A stretch of 64,000 nucleotides of DNA, from assembly GCA_963770895.1 (NCBI GenBank), contig CAVYRF010000001.1:384001-448000 (forward strand). The letters are read 5' to 3'. Of this stretch, positions 18,307 to 28,262 are shown in pieces. The DNA comes from an uncultured Acidobacteriota bacterium. Lineage in GTDB: Bacteria; Acidobacteriota; Thermoanaerobaculia; Multivoradales; UBA5704. Each line of letters begins with the position of its first letter. The stretch's first letter is position 1. The notes under the pieces were generated by a model, which did no database searches, had not been told where the DNA came from, and saw only the letters and a program-made list of their open reading frames with translations. The position numbers and the translations under genes are program-made.

Positions 18307-20469
18307 TCAGGGACAGGTGGCGAACGCGGCGGTGTCCTGCAACGGCTGGAACGCGGTGTTGGCCGGGTTGGTGTAGACCCTGGAGACGTGGCTCTGCAGG
18401 TCGGTGACGGTGATGACGACGTTGACGTTGGTCAGGCCGCCGGCAAAGATCCAGTAGCTGCTGTTGACGGCGCAGCCGTTGAGCACCTTGATCACCGTTT
18501 CGACGTTGTCGGCGGCAAAGAACCACAGGTAGCCGGTGTCGGTGGTGAGCGGCACGGCGTGGGCGGTGCCGGTCTGACCACCGGGCAGGGTCCAGGCGGC
18601 GGTCACCTGGAAGCGGTTGGCGCCCAGGCAGAGGGTGGTGTCGCCGGCGGCGCAGGGGCCCGCGCCGCCGGCGGCGGCGGTCAGGACGGCGCCCCAGATC
18701 TGTTCGGAGCCGCCGCCGCGGCGGTCGGTCCAGGAGGGGGTGAACCTGCCGTTCCAGCCGCTCATGCCGTTGTAGTCGCCGTACTGGGTCTGGAGCTTGG
18801 CGCCGGCGGTGGTTTCATTGCTGGCGGCGGTGGTGACCCGCTGCGGCGCGCTCCAGGTCAGGCCGCCGTCGAGCGAGGACTGAAAGTACAGATTGGTCGA
18901 CAGGCGGCTGGGGTCGTCGATGGTGTCGTAGTAGGCGATGCCCAGCTGGCCGTCGGATTCGTCGACCGCCAGCCAGGGCGCGAACTGATCGTTGAGAGCA
19001 GCCTGGTCGTTGATCTTGACCGGCGCCGACCAGGTGGCGCCGCCGTCGGTCGAGCGCGCGAACCAGATGCGTCCCTTGCAGGGAGAAGCGGCGTTGCTGC
19101 CGGGCTCGTCGCCCGGCGCGGTGCAGCCGGCTTGACCGGAAAGATCCATCCAGGACAGGTAGACCTCGTTGCGCGTCGCGGTCTGCCAGGCGCCGCCGCT
19201 GGTGTAGATGAGCGCCTTGCGCGTGGAGATGGCGGGCAGGCTGACCTGGAAGGCGCCAAAGGTGTTGGCGATCGCCTGCGGCTGGCTGAACGTGGCGCCG
19301 CCGTCGGTCGATTTGACGACGAAAAGCTGCTGCTTGCCGGTGTGCGGCCAGAAGGCGAAGACGTCGCCGGCGGCGTTGGTCCGCACGTCGCCGCCGACGC
19401 CGCCGCCGGGGCCGTCGGGCGCCGCCAGCACGAGCGGCGCGGCCAGCCAGCCGGCGGCCGGCGTCCGGCGGTTGAACAGGACGGTGTCGCCGTCGTGCCA
19501 GATGACGTACAGGTTGTCCTTGTAAGGCGACGCCGCGCCGTGGTCGGCCCACAGCATGTCCTTGTCGGTGGCGGTGCCGCCGGCGGAGAGGGTGGAGTCG
19601 AACGTCCAGCTGGCGCCGTCGTCGGCCGACCGGTAGGAGCGCAGCTTGAGGACGAACTGCGGCAGCGCGATGCCGATCGTCGTCGTCCAGGCGGTGCCGT
19701 CCGAGGTCCAGTCGACGCCCGGATCGGAATCGTCGGTGTCGCTGTCGACCAGGGTCAGCAGGCTCTGGCCCCAGGTGGCGCCGCCGTCCTGGGAGTAGAA
19801 CATCTGCTCGGGGCCGACGCCGGTATTGGCGGCACCGACGACGTGATCGGGGCGGCGGCTGTCGATGCGGACCATCGATTCGTAGCGGGGCCCAGTCTGG
19901 GCGCCGGACGTCAGCTCCTCGTCGCTTTCGGTGCCGGCGGGGGCGGCGACGGCGGGGCTGACAGCGGCGGGCTTGGCGGCGGGCGCTGTCGCCGCGCGCG
20001 CGTGCGGCGCGACGATCGCCGGGCGCAGGTCGGGATGCGCTGCCATCCATTCGTGCGCCTCCTGCAGCACCAGCGGATAGCCGCCGGTCGGATCGCCGGC
20101 CGCATAGCGGTCCCGCGGGTGGCGCCGGCGCCACGCCACGCGCAGCCAGGGCGGCAGGCCCAGGCGGTCGCCGGCTTCGTCGGCGCGCAGCAGGCTGAAG
20201 TCCTGGCTGTCGCGGATGAGCCGATCGAGCGCGCTGCCGGCGGGCACCCGGTCCGCCGCCAGCTGCTGGTCGAGCATCGGCCACGCCGGGCGGTCGGGCG
20301 CTGCAGCAGCGGCGCTGCCGGCGCCGGCGGCGCCGGCGGCGCCAGCGCCGATCGTTGCGGCCGCCAGCGCGCCGCAGCACAGGGCAGCGGCGGCAGCGGT
20401 CGCAGCGGTGGCGACGGCGGCGGCATGCCATCCGCGGGAGTCGATGCCCATCGTGCGCGCGCCCTGCAC
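18307..20469 (-). CDS. Secreted BNR/Asp-box (sialidase-like) protein with a lineage-type C-terminal domain
   Basis: Asp boxes SQDGGATW, SADDGASW, STDGGATF, STDGGATW, SLDGGLTW; GDY motif; C-terminal TLCL..NRFQV...YLWFF..DNVE..IKVLNGC. Confidence 0.88.
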   Translation of the reverse strand: MQGARTMGIDSRGWHAAAVATAATAAAAALCCGALAAATIGAGAAGAAGAGSAAAAAPDRPAWPMLDQQLAADRVPAGSALDRLIRDSQDFSLLRADEAGDRLGLPPWLRVAWRRRHPRDRYAAGDPTGGYPLVLQEAHEWMAAHPDLRPAIVAPHARAATAPAAKPAAVSPAVAAPAGTESDEELTSGAQTGPRYESMVRIDSRRPDHVVGAANTGVGPEQMFYSQDGGATWGQSLLTLVDSDTDDSDPGVDWTSDGTAWTTTIGIALPQFVLKLRSYRSADDGASWTFDSTLSAGGTATDKDMLWADHGAASPYKDNLYVIWHDGDTVLFNRRTPAAGWLAAPLVLAAPDGPGGGVGGDVRTNAAGDVFAFWPHTGKQQLFVVKSTDGGATFSQPQAIANTFGAFQVSLPAISTRKALIYTSGGAWQTATRNEVYLSWMDLSGQAGCTAPGDEPGSNAASPCKGRIWFARSTDGGATWSAPVKINDQAALNDQFAPWLAVDESDGQLGIAYYDTIDDPSRLSTNLYFQSSLDGGLTWSAPQRVTTAASNETTAGAKLQTQYGDYNGMSGWNGRFTPSWTDRRGGGSEQIWGAVLTAAAGGAGPCAAGDTTLCLGANRFQVTAAWTLPGGQTGTAHAVPLTTDTGYLWFFAADNVETVIKVLNGCAVNSSYWIFAGGLTNVNVVITVTDLQSHVSRVYTNPANTAFQPLQDTAAFATCP

Positions 20470-20473
20470 CGGC

Positions 20474-21016
20474 TCACCGCTGGCGGCGGGAGCGGATGAC
20501 GATGGTTTCGGCGATGCGGTCGTGCAGGGTGCGGCGGTTGGCGTGGGTGAAGTACTGCAGGAAACCGAACCCGACTTCGGCGGCCGAGGCGGCGTAGCCC
20601 AGCGCGCGCTCCACGGAGTCCCACAGCGTCAGGCGCCGGTGCTCCAGCGAGACGACGCGGATTCCGAACAGCAGCTTGCCCAGGGTCTTGCCGTTGCCCC
20701 ACCAGCAGGACAGGCCGAAGTAGAGCACGAACCACAGCAGCCCATACCAATCGTGGAAGTCGAGGTTGATGTCGTAGTGCTCGCGCGGCACGACCCACCG
20801 GCGCCAGATCGGGTAGGTCGCCCAAGCGCCCAGGAAGAACAGCAGTCCCGCCGCCGCCACGTCGCAGGCGTAGGCGCCCAGCCGCGCGCCGAAGGATGCC
20901 AGCGGCGTGCCCTCCAGCTCGGTCATCCGGCCGGTGTCGTGCACGTGATAGGTGGACGGGCGCCGGCGGCGGCCCGCGGTGCCGGCGCTGGGCGGCGCTG
21001 GCGTGTCGGCCTCCAT
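20474..21016 (-). CDS. RDD family membrane protein
   Basis: ASFGARLGAYACD, GKTLGKLLFGIRVV, RRTLHDRIAETIV. Confidence 0.92.
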   Translation of the reverse strand: MEADTPAPPSAGTAGRRRRPSTYHVHDTGRMTELEGTPLASFGARLGAYACDVAAAGLLFFLGAWATYPIWRRWVVPREHYDINLDFHDWYGLLWFVLYFGLSCWWGNGKTLGKLLFGIRVVSLEHRRLTLWDSVERALGYAASAAEVGFGFLQYFTHANRRTLHDRIAETIVIRSRRQR

Positions 21017-21771
21017 CAGCTCCTCCCGGCGTGGGCGGCGATCGCCTGGACGTAGGACCGCGTGACGCCGGGCAGCCCGCTCATCAGCGCTTCCGAGAGC
21101 AGGGCGTGGCCGATCGACACCTCGTCGGGCTGCAGGTGCTGGACGAAGGTGCCCAGGTTGACCAGGTTGAGATCGTGTCCGGCATTGACGCGCAGGCCCA
21201 CGGCGCGCGCCGCGGCGGCAGCCCCCTGGTAGCGCTCCAGGGTGGCCGCCTGCGCCGGCGTGCCGTAGGCCTCCGCGTAGTCGAAGGTGTGCAGCTCGAT
21301 GGCGTGGGCGGCGACCTCCGCGGCGAGCTCCATGGGAGCGGGCTCCGGATCGACGAACAGGCTGATGCGGATGCCGCCGCCGACCGCGGCGATGGCGTCG
21401 CGCAGCCGCGGCACGTCCTGGCGGGCATGCCAGCCGTGGGTGGTGGTGATCTCGCCGGGCAGCACCGGCACGATGGTGAACTGCGTCGGGCGCACCTCCC
21501 CGACAAGCTGCAGCAGGTCGGGGCGCAGATCGCCTTCGATATTGAGCTCGATCGTGCCGCCGGCGACCTCCTCCAGGGCGGCCAGGCGGCGCACGTCGTC
21601 AAACGTGGCATGGCGCGCGTCGGCGCGCGGATGCAGGGTCAGACCCTGGCAGCCGGCGGCGATCACCGTGCGGGCGGCCGCGACGATGTCGGGAACCGCG
21701 GCGCCGCGGGAGTTGCGCACCAGCGCCACCTTGTTGAGGTTGACGCTGAGCTTGGTCGTTACCGCCATCAT
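21016..21771 (-). CDS. pdxJ: Pyridoxine 5'-phosphate synthase
   Basis: KLSVNLNKVALVRNSRG, GLTLHPRADARH, ELNIEG, VNAGHDL, EVSIGHAL. Confidence 0.95.
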   Translation of the reverse strand: MMAVTTKLSVNLNKVALVRNSRGAAVPDIVAAARTVIAAGCQGLTLHPRADARHATFDDVRRLAALEEVAGGTIELNIEGDLRPDLLQLVGEVRPTQFTIVPVLPGEITTTHGWHARQDVPRLRDAIAAVGGGIRISLFVDPEPAPMELAAEVAAHAIELHTFDYAEAYGTPAQAATLERYQGAAAAARAVGLRVNAGHDLNLVNLGTFVQHLQPDEVSIGHALLSEALMSGLPGVTRSYVQAIAAHAGRS

Positions 21772-22003
21772 CGGTCTCCGTCGGTCTCCGGGTTGCAAAG
21801 TCCTGCCGCCGTAGCGTATCAGCGCGCTCCCGCCGCCGGCCATCGCGGCGGGGGCCGGCCGTTGTCACATTGCTGGCAAGAGACTGTGCGATACTGCGCG
21901 AATCAGACAATTTGGCTGATGGATTGGCGGCAGGCGCTGTCTTGAGCCTCGGCTCGCGGTGCCTGGTTGAGGGCGGGTTGCCGCCTTCGGGGGGGACGCC
22001 GGC

Positions 22004-23644
22004 TTGCAGCGGGCTCTGGGAGTCTTCGTCGTGCGCCATTACCGGCTGTGTGCCTGGCTGGTTCTGGCCCTCATGGCGTGCAACGTGTTCGTGGGCCTGG
22101 CCACCACGCGCATCGACGATTCCGACGAGGCCCGCTACGGTGTCTCGGCGTTCGAGATGCTGCACAGCCGGTCGTTCCTGGTCACCACCTACGCCGGCCA
22201 GCCGGAGTACTGGAACCTCAAGCCGCCGCTCGGCTACTGGCTGATGGCCGGATCGTACTGGCTGGTCGGCCGCTCGGCCCTGGCGATGCGCCTGCCGTCG
22301 GCGCTGTTCGCCCTGGCGGCGGTGGCGCTGGCGATGGCTTTTTGCAAGCGCTGGTGCAACCGGCGTCAGGCCATCCTTGCCGGCCTGGTCCTGGCGACCG
22401 CCTTCGGCTTCCTGAGCCACCATGGCGCGCGCAGCGGCGATCTCGACGCGTGCCTGACGTTCACCTTCCTGCTGCTGGTGCTGCAGCTGCCGCGTCTGGG
22501 CGAGTCGCCGCGGCGCATCCTGGCGCTCGGCCCGATCCTTGGCTGTGCCTTCCTGCTCAAGAGCTTCGCCATCTTGCCGATGATCGCCGTCGTCGCCGTC
22601 CATTGCCTGGCCACGGGCACCTGGCGCAAGCTGCGAATCGGCCCCAGCCTGGCATCGCTCGGCGTGCTGCTGCTGATCGTGGCGGTCTGGGCGGCGGCGC
22701 GCTCGCACGCCGATCAGTCCTTCACCTTCGTCCAACGCATGGTACGCGAGGATCTCTTCGCGCGCTCGACCTCGGTGATCGACCGCGGGACCTCGTCGCC
22801 GTCTGCCTACGCGATGGCGCTGGCCGACCGTTTCGCGCCGTGGCCCCTGGCCGTCGCCGCGGCGGCCGCGCTGGCGTGGTGGAACCGGCGCCGGCGCGAT
22901 GCGGCGGTCACGCCTCAGGCGCGCCGGTGGCTGCGCAGCCGGCGCGGGCGTGAGGTGGAGATCCTCCTCTGGCTGTGGATCGCGCTGCCGCTGGCGATGT
23001 TTTCGCTGGCGCGCACGCAGCATCACTGGTATCTCGATCCCATCTACCCGGCCTGCGCGATCGTCACCGCGATGGCGGTGCTGTTCCTGATGCGCAGCAT
23101 CCCGCGGCAGTTCAAGGCCGCGGGACTGGTGGTCCTGGTGGCGCTCCCTCTCGCCCTGTGCGAAGCGCGGGTGCTGCACCGCGTGCTGGTGCGCGATCGC
23201 ATGCCGCCGTCGCAGCGGTTTCTCTACGCGCTCGAACGCGCCGCGGGCTCGCGCTGCCGCGAGCTGCGGACGACCTTCCCGTTGCGGCATTCGGAGCGCT
23301 TCATCCTGGAGGTGGTCGACGGCTTTCGCGTGGTGGAAGGTGCCAGCGGCGGCGACGCCATGCCCGCTGGCGGGGCCGGGCTGGCGGCCGCCGGCGGCAT
23401 GGCTGGCGGGCAGGTCGCGCGCCGGGAAACGCTGGCCCCGGGCGTCTGCGTCCTGGTCGCGCGGCATCCGCCCCGCCGCGGCGGCGGCAGGCACCATCGC
23501 CGCGGCCCCGGCCCACCTGCCGTGCCGGGGTGGGCGCTGCAAAAACAGAGCGACGCGTACGCCCTGTTCGCCGGCGGCCTGGGCGCGATCCCCTTCCCTC
23601 CGCCGGCCGGTGCCGCCGGCCCGCCGGCCGACAGCCTGCGCTAG
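22004..23644 (+). CDS. ArnT/PMT-like membrane glycosyltransferase
   Basis: DSDEARYG, NLKPPLGYW, RLPSA, ARSGDLD, FLLKS; TM-rich; start uncertain. Confidence 0.85.
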   Translation: MQRALGVFVVRHYRLCAWLVLALMACNVFVGLATTRIDDSDEARYGVSAFEMLHSRSFLVTTYAGQPEYWNLKPPLGYWLMAGSYWLVGRSALAMRLPSALFALAAVALAMAFCKRWCNRRQAILAGLVLATAFGFLSHHGARSGDLDACLTFTFLLLVLQLPRLGESPRRILALGPILGCAFLLKSFAILPMIAVVAVHCLATGTWRKLRIGPSLASLGVLLLIVAVWAAARSHADQSFTFVQRMVREDLFARSTSVIDRGTSSPSAYAMALADRFAPWPLAVAAAAALAWWNRRRRDAAVTPQARRWLRSRRGREVEILLWLWIALPLAMFSLARTQHHWYLDPIYPACAIVTAMAVLFLMRSIPRQFKAAGLVVLVALPLALCEARVLHRVLVRDRMPPSQRFLYALERAAGSRCRELRTTFPLRHSERFILEVVDGFRVVEGASGGDAMPAGGAGLAAAGGMAGGQVARRETLAPGVCVLVARHPPRRGGGRHHRRGPGPPAVPGWALQKQSDAYALFAGGLGAIPFPPPAGAAGPPADSLR

Positions 23645-23873
23645 CGTGCGGGGCACTCACGGCCACTCGCGGCCGGGGTCATTCCGGCCCCCGGCTTGGC
23701 AAGACGCCCCCTGCCCGCCCCCGGCCCGATCGCGCGGCGCGCCGCAGGCGTGACCGCGGTCGGGGCAACCCACGGCCGCCGACCCTTGCCTGGATGCCGG
23801 CGCCACCTGCCCCTATCCCAGAGGGGTTGTTCAGCGGCTGATAGAATGAGAAGCAAAGGGAGGATCATCCGGG

Positions 23874-26555
23874 ATGATACGAGATTCCTGTCGCCGCGGC
23901 CGCCGGCGGGAGCTGGTGGCCGCCGGGGCGTTGGCTGGTCTGTTGCTCGGCGCAGGGCTGCTGTTTGCGCCCGGCGTTTTCACGGTGGCTGGCGTTGCGG
24001 CGGCCGCGGCGCCGTCCAAGGCGGCGGCACCGCCGCAGCCGCCGGTCGGGAGGGTGGAGAAGCTGGCGACGGACCCCACCTACGAGGCGCTGCGCGCGGC
24101 GCGGCCGGACGGGCGGACGGTGGCGGTGCACGGCTTCGCCTTCGAGCGCGACGCCTTCCACATCGAGTTTCAATCGGGCACCGTGCACTTCCTGGCGCCG
24201 GTTGCCGGGCGGACGATCGGCGCCGTGTTCCTCGGCCAGGGGACGCTGCGCCTGAAGCCGGCGTCGGCGGCCGAACGGCGGCAGCTGCAGCTGAACCTGG
24301 GGGCGGGCGCGGACTTCGAGGTGCTCAACGACAGCTTCGACCAGATGGTGCTGCTGTTCGGCGACGACACCGATGCCGAGATCAGCCAGGCGGGGCCGAT
24401 CGAGCAGCACGCTCCCGACGCCCAGGCCAGGCAGGTGTACGAGCGGTGGCTGGAACGCCAGCGGCGCGATTTTCATCGCAATTTGCAGGTGCGGCTGCTG
24501 CGCCACCTGCTCAACCATCCCGGCCTGACCAGCGGCGTCTTCCTGGCCCTGGTGCAGGGCAAGACCCTGCCGCCGGCGCTGCTGGCCGTCGATCCCGACG
24601 GCGCCGGCCAGCTCCTGGGCGTTGGCCGGTTTGGCCGCGAGCACACGCTGCTCGACGTGGTGGACCCGCATTCCACGGGCATCTGGTATCTGTCCGACAG
24701 CGCCGCCGAGATCGCGTCGGGCCGCCGTCCACCGGTGGCGGCCGCCGCCAGGGCGCTGCACTATTGGGTGGCGACGACGGTCGGCCGCTCGACCGACCTG
24801 GCCGGCCTGACCACGATCGAGCTGCGGGTGCTGGCGCCCGGCCTGCGGGTGCTCCCCATCGACTTGATGCCCAAGCTGCGCATCGCCTCCGCCAGCTATG
24901 GCGAGCTGCCGGCGGCGGCTGCCGCGGCGCCCGGCGCCGATACGGCCGACCATCCGGCGGAGCCGGCCGAGCCGGTGGTGATCAAGAACGTGGCGGTGGT
25001 GCAGGAGGACGCCAACGGGGACGGCGGCGACGCCGCGGTGATCTTCCCCGAACCGCTGGCCAAGGGCGCGCTCGTCCAGCTCCGCATCGCCTACCAGGGA
25101 GACGGCGTGCTGCGGGACGCCGGCGAAAAGAACTACTACGTCACGTCGCGCGAGCGCTGGTACCCCAACATCGGCACGTTCGAAGACCCCGCGCTCTACG
25201 ACCTGGTCTACCGCGTGCCCGCCGGCAACCAGGTGGTGTCGGTGGGCCACAAGGTCAGCGATCAGACCGCCGGCGACCAGGACGTGTCGGCATGGACGAC
25301 CGGGCCGGTGCGTGTCGCCGGCTTCAACTACGGCAAGTTCAAAAGCGTCGAGCGCCGCGACGAGACGAGCGGCATCGACGTCCAGGTCTTCACCAATCCC
25401 GGCACCCCCGACGCCCTGCGGGAGCTCAATAGAATGATGGCCAGCTCCGGCAACCGCGAGCTGGCCCGCATGGGCAACGACGATCCCGGCATCTACAACG
25501 CGGCGCCGCAGGCGACCCTGGGCAACATCAGCACCGGCCGCCTGGCGGAGTCGGCCCTGGCCGACGGCATCAATTCGGCGCGCGTCTACTACGCCTACTT
25601 CGGGCCGCCGGCGGTCAAGCAGGTGGCCATCACCCAGCAGTCAGAAGCTAGTTCCGGGCAATCGTGGCCGTCGCTGATCTTCATGCCCTACCTGTCCTTC
25701 CTGGACGGCACCCAGCGCCAGCGCATCGGCCTGGGCAACCGCGGCATGGTGGATTTCGTCGATCGCGTGGGGTATCACGAGTTCGCCCACCAGTGGTGGG
25801 GGCACCTGGTGGCCGCCGCCAGCTACCGCGACGTCTGGCTGGAGGAGGGCTTCGCCGAGTTCTCGTCGGCGCTCGCCATCCAGCATGCCGAGGGCTGGCC
25901 CGCCTACGATCACGCCTGGAGCGAGGCGCGCAAACAGATCTTCGCCACGCGGCCGCACAACGCCGTCGCCCCCATCGACGCCGGACCGATCACCCAGGGC
26001 TTCCGGCTGATCACCGAGCGCACCCCCAGCGCCTACCAGCCGCTGGTCTACGAAAAGGGCGCCTACGTGCTGCACATGCTGCGCATGCTGCAGTGGGACA
26101 GCGCCTCGCCCGCACCCGACCATCGCTTCATCGAAATGATGCACGACTACGCCTCGTCGTTCGCCAACCAGCAGGCGACCACCGCCGATTTCCAGAAGGT
26201 CGTCGAGCGCCACATGGCGCCCACCATGAACGCCACCGGCAACGGCAAGATGGACTGGTTCTTCAAGCAGTGGGTCTACGGCACCGCGGTGCCCCGCCTG
26301 ACCGCCGACCTGCACCTGCAGCCCGCCGGCGACCAGGTCCACATCACCGGCAAGGTCACGCAAGCCGAAGTCCCCGCCGACTTCCGCTCCCTGGTGCCCC
26401 TCTACCTCAACCTGGACAAGGGCGAAGTAGTGCGCGTCGGCCTGCTGCCGATGGTCGGCAGCGTCACGGTGCCGGTCGACGTCACCGTCAAATCCCCCAA
26501 GCCCGCCCGCGGCGTCAGCATCAACGCCCACAGCGAGGTGCTCGCCCGCGAGTGA
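23874..26555 (+). CDS. Secreted M1-family zinc aminopeptidase
   Basis: Signal peptide; HEFAHQWWG...WLEEGFAEF (HExxH-x18-E); YEKGAYVLHMLR. Confidence 0.92.
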   Translation: MIRDSCRRGRRRELVAAGALAGLLLGAGLLFAPGVFTVAGVAAAAAPSKAAAPPQPPVGRVEKLATDPTYEALRAARPDGRTVAVHGFAFERDAFHIEFQSGTVHFLAPVAGRTIGAVFLGQGTLRLKPASAAERRQLQLNLGAGADFEVLNDSFDQMVLLFGDDTDAEISQAGPIEQHAPDAQARQVYERWLERQRRDFHRNLQVRLLRHLLNHPGLTSGVFLALVQGKTLPPALLAVDPDGAGQLLGVGRFGREHTLLDVVDPHSTGIWYLSDSAAEIASGRRPPVAAAARALHYWVATTVGRSTDLAGLTTIELRVLAPGLRVLPIDLMPKLRIASASYGELPAAAAAAPGADTADHPAEPAEPVVIKNVAVVQEDANGDGGDAAVIFPEPLAKGALVQLRIAYQGDGVLRDAGEKNYYVTSRERWYPNIGTFEDPALYDLVYRVPAGNQVVSVGHKVSDQTAGDQDVSAWTTGPVRVAGFNYGKFKSVERRDETSGIDVQVFTNPGTPDALRELNRMMASSGNRELARMGNDDPGIYNAAPQATLGNISTGRLAESALADGINSARVYYAYFGPPAVKQVAITQQSEASSGQSWPSLIFMPYLSFLDGTQRQRIGLGNRGMVDFVDRVGYHEFAHQWWGHLVAAASYRDVWLEEGFAEFSSALAIQHAEGWPAYDHAWSEARKQIFATRPHNAVAPIDAGPITQGFRLITERTPSAYQPLVYEKGAYVLHMLRMLQWDSASPAPDHRFIEMMHDYASSFANQQATTADFQKVVERHMAPTMNATGNGKMDWFFKQWVYGTAVPRLTADLHLQPAGDQVHITGKVTQAEVPADFRSLVPLYLNLDKGEVVRVGLLPMVGSVTVPVDVTVKSPKPARGVSINAHSEVLARE

Positions 26556-26672
26556 AGCTCATGGGAGCCGCGACTTACGTGCTAAGCTGCGCCAACCAGC
26601 TCTTACAGCAGGTATGCGTCTCGGACACGAGAGTGCAGCGGCCCACCGGTCGCGGAGGAGTTTTGGCGCCAG

Positions 26673-27200
26673 ATGCGCAAATGGCTTGCAACCCTAGCAG
26701 GGGCGATGATCAGCGGGGTGGTAGTTTGGTACTTGACCAACGCCACCAGCATTCAAAATCTGGCGAGGAAGCCCGCTGACCCTGCCGGAGCTGAAAGAGG
26801 CGCGACGGCCATGGTACCCGCGCCTTCCCCAGCTCCCCAGCCCATCGAGCCTCCCCATGAAGTCTCGCCGCCCACGGACCCCGGCAAGGCAATCGCCACA
26901 AGACCGCGCGACAAGGGGGCGAGGGAACGGTTCTCCCGAAGCTTGACGCTGCATGACGGCGAACAGGAGGTTCTCCTCGACGGCCAGGCTTCCATTGGGG
27001 CTGACTTCACCGCCGTCGGCGGACTTAGAGTGGCAACCCTGCATGTGGGTTCCCCGGGAAAGGAAATCTCCAACCATGCGATCCTCAGTGCCGGCGAGCG
27101 CTTTGAGATCCATGCTTCGGGGCGGAACTATTACGTGTATGTCACCAAGCTCGATCTCGCGGCCATGACCATGCAGGTTACCATCGAAGAACAGCTTTGA
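26673..27200 (+). CDS. Hypothetical membrane-anchored protein
   Basis: N-terminal TM, Pro-rich linker, beta-rich C-terminus; visibly more A/T at third codon positions than the flanks. Confidence 0.7.
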   Translation: MRKWLATLAGAMISGVVVWYLTNATSIQNLARKPADPAGAERGATAMVPAPSPAPQPIEPPHEVSPPTDPGKAIATRPRDKGARERFSRSLTLHDGEQEVLLDGQASIGADFTAVGGLRVATLHVGSPGKEISNHAILSAGERFEIHASGRNYYVYVTKLDLAAMTMQVTIEEQL

Positions 27201-27219
27201 GCCTTATGGGGAAAGGACT

Positions 27220-28194
27220 ATGCGCCACTTTCGCGGAATATTGGTGACACTGATTGTCTTCGCTCTGCTCTCGATGACCGCACGGCGGGCGGCGGCCCAG
27301 AAAGGTCTCTACCAAGGCATCGACAGCTTGGCGGCCGCCATCCTTGAGAAAGTAACGCAGGAACAGAAACATAGAGTCGCCGTCCTTCCCTTCCACGAGA
27401 TGACCGGCCGCACGAGCGTTCTCGACTCTTATCTTTCGGAAGCCCTGCTGACCGAGCTGGTCCGCGCCGGCAAGGTCGAAGTTATCGAGCGCGCCATGCT
27501 CGATCGGTTGCTCGGCGAGATCAAGCTCGGCCAGACAGGGATCATTGACTCGGAGACGGCCAGGCGGGTCGGCAAGGTGGCGGGAGTCGACGCGATCGTA
27601 ACCGGCACAATTACGGAGCTGCGCACTTACCTTGCGGTGAACTGCCGCCTCATCGACACCCAGACGGGCCAGGTGTTTGCCGCGGCGCAAACCTGGATCA
27701 ACAAAGACAGCGACGTGATGGCCTTGCTGAACCAGCGCGACTCCGGCGGAGCGGAGCCGGCGACCGCTGAACGAGAACCGTCGAAAAAGACCGTGCCCAT
27801 TGCGCCGCCTCCGCTGCCACAAGCCGTCATCGAGCGCGATTGCATATTCCAATTAAAGGGCTGCACCCTCTTTGGTTCAACGCTCAAATGCGACATCCTC
27901 ATTACCGACAAGGGAGTCGACAGGACGCTAATCTTTGGCAAAAACGACCGCACAAGGATTATCGACGACAGCGGCCGAGAATATCGCGGCATTTCGTTTT
28001 CGATTGGCTCGCACAGCAACGACTACGCAGCACGAGGAAGTCTCACGACGGATGTTCCGATCAGGGGACAGCTTCAATTCGGCGGCTTGAGCGCGGCAGT
28101 ACGGAAGCTGTCGCTGCTTGAGTTTCACTACACCATGGACTACAACCATGGCATCTATAGCGGAGTAATCAGGTTTACAAACATCGCTCTCTGA
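27220..28194 (+). CDS. Secreted FlgO/CsgG-like domain protein
   Basis: Signal peptide; RVAVLPF...LSEALLTELV...VIERAMLDRLLGE...GKVAGVDAIVTGTI...RLIDTQTG. Confidence 0.8.
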   Translation: MRHFRGILVTLIVFALLSMTARRAAAQKGLYQGIDSLAAAILEKVTQEQKHRVAVLPFHEMTGRTSVLDSYLSEALLTELVRAGKVEVIERAMLDRLLGEIKLGQTGIIDSETARRVGKVAGVDAIVTGTITELRTYLAVNCRLIDTQTGQVFAAAQTWINKDSDVMALLNQRDSGGAEPATAEREPSKKTVPIAPPPLPQAVIERDCIFQLKGCTLFGSTLKCDILITDKGVDRTLIFGKNDRTRIIDDSGREYRGISFSIGSHSNDYAARGSLTTDVPIRGQLQFGGLSAAVRKLSLLEFHYTMDYNHGIYSGVIRFTNIAL

Positions 28195-28262
28195 GCGCGG
28201 CTCACCCCTCATGCCAAGCGAAGTAACCGTGCGGGGCGGCGGCGGCTTGTCCTTCGCCATCG

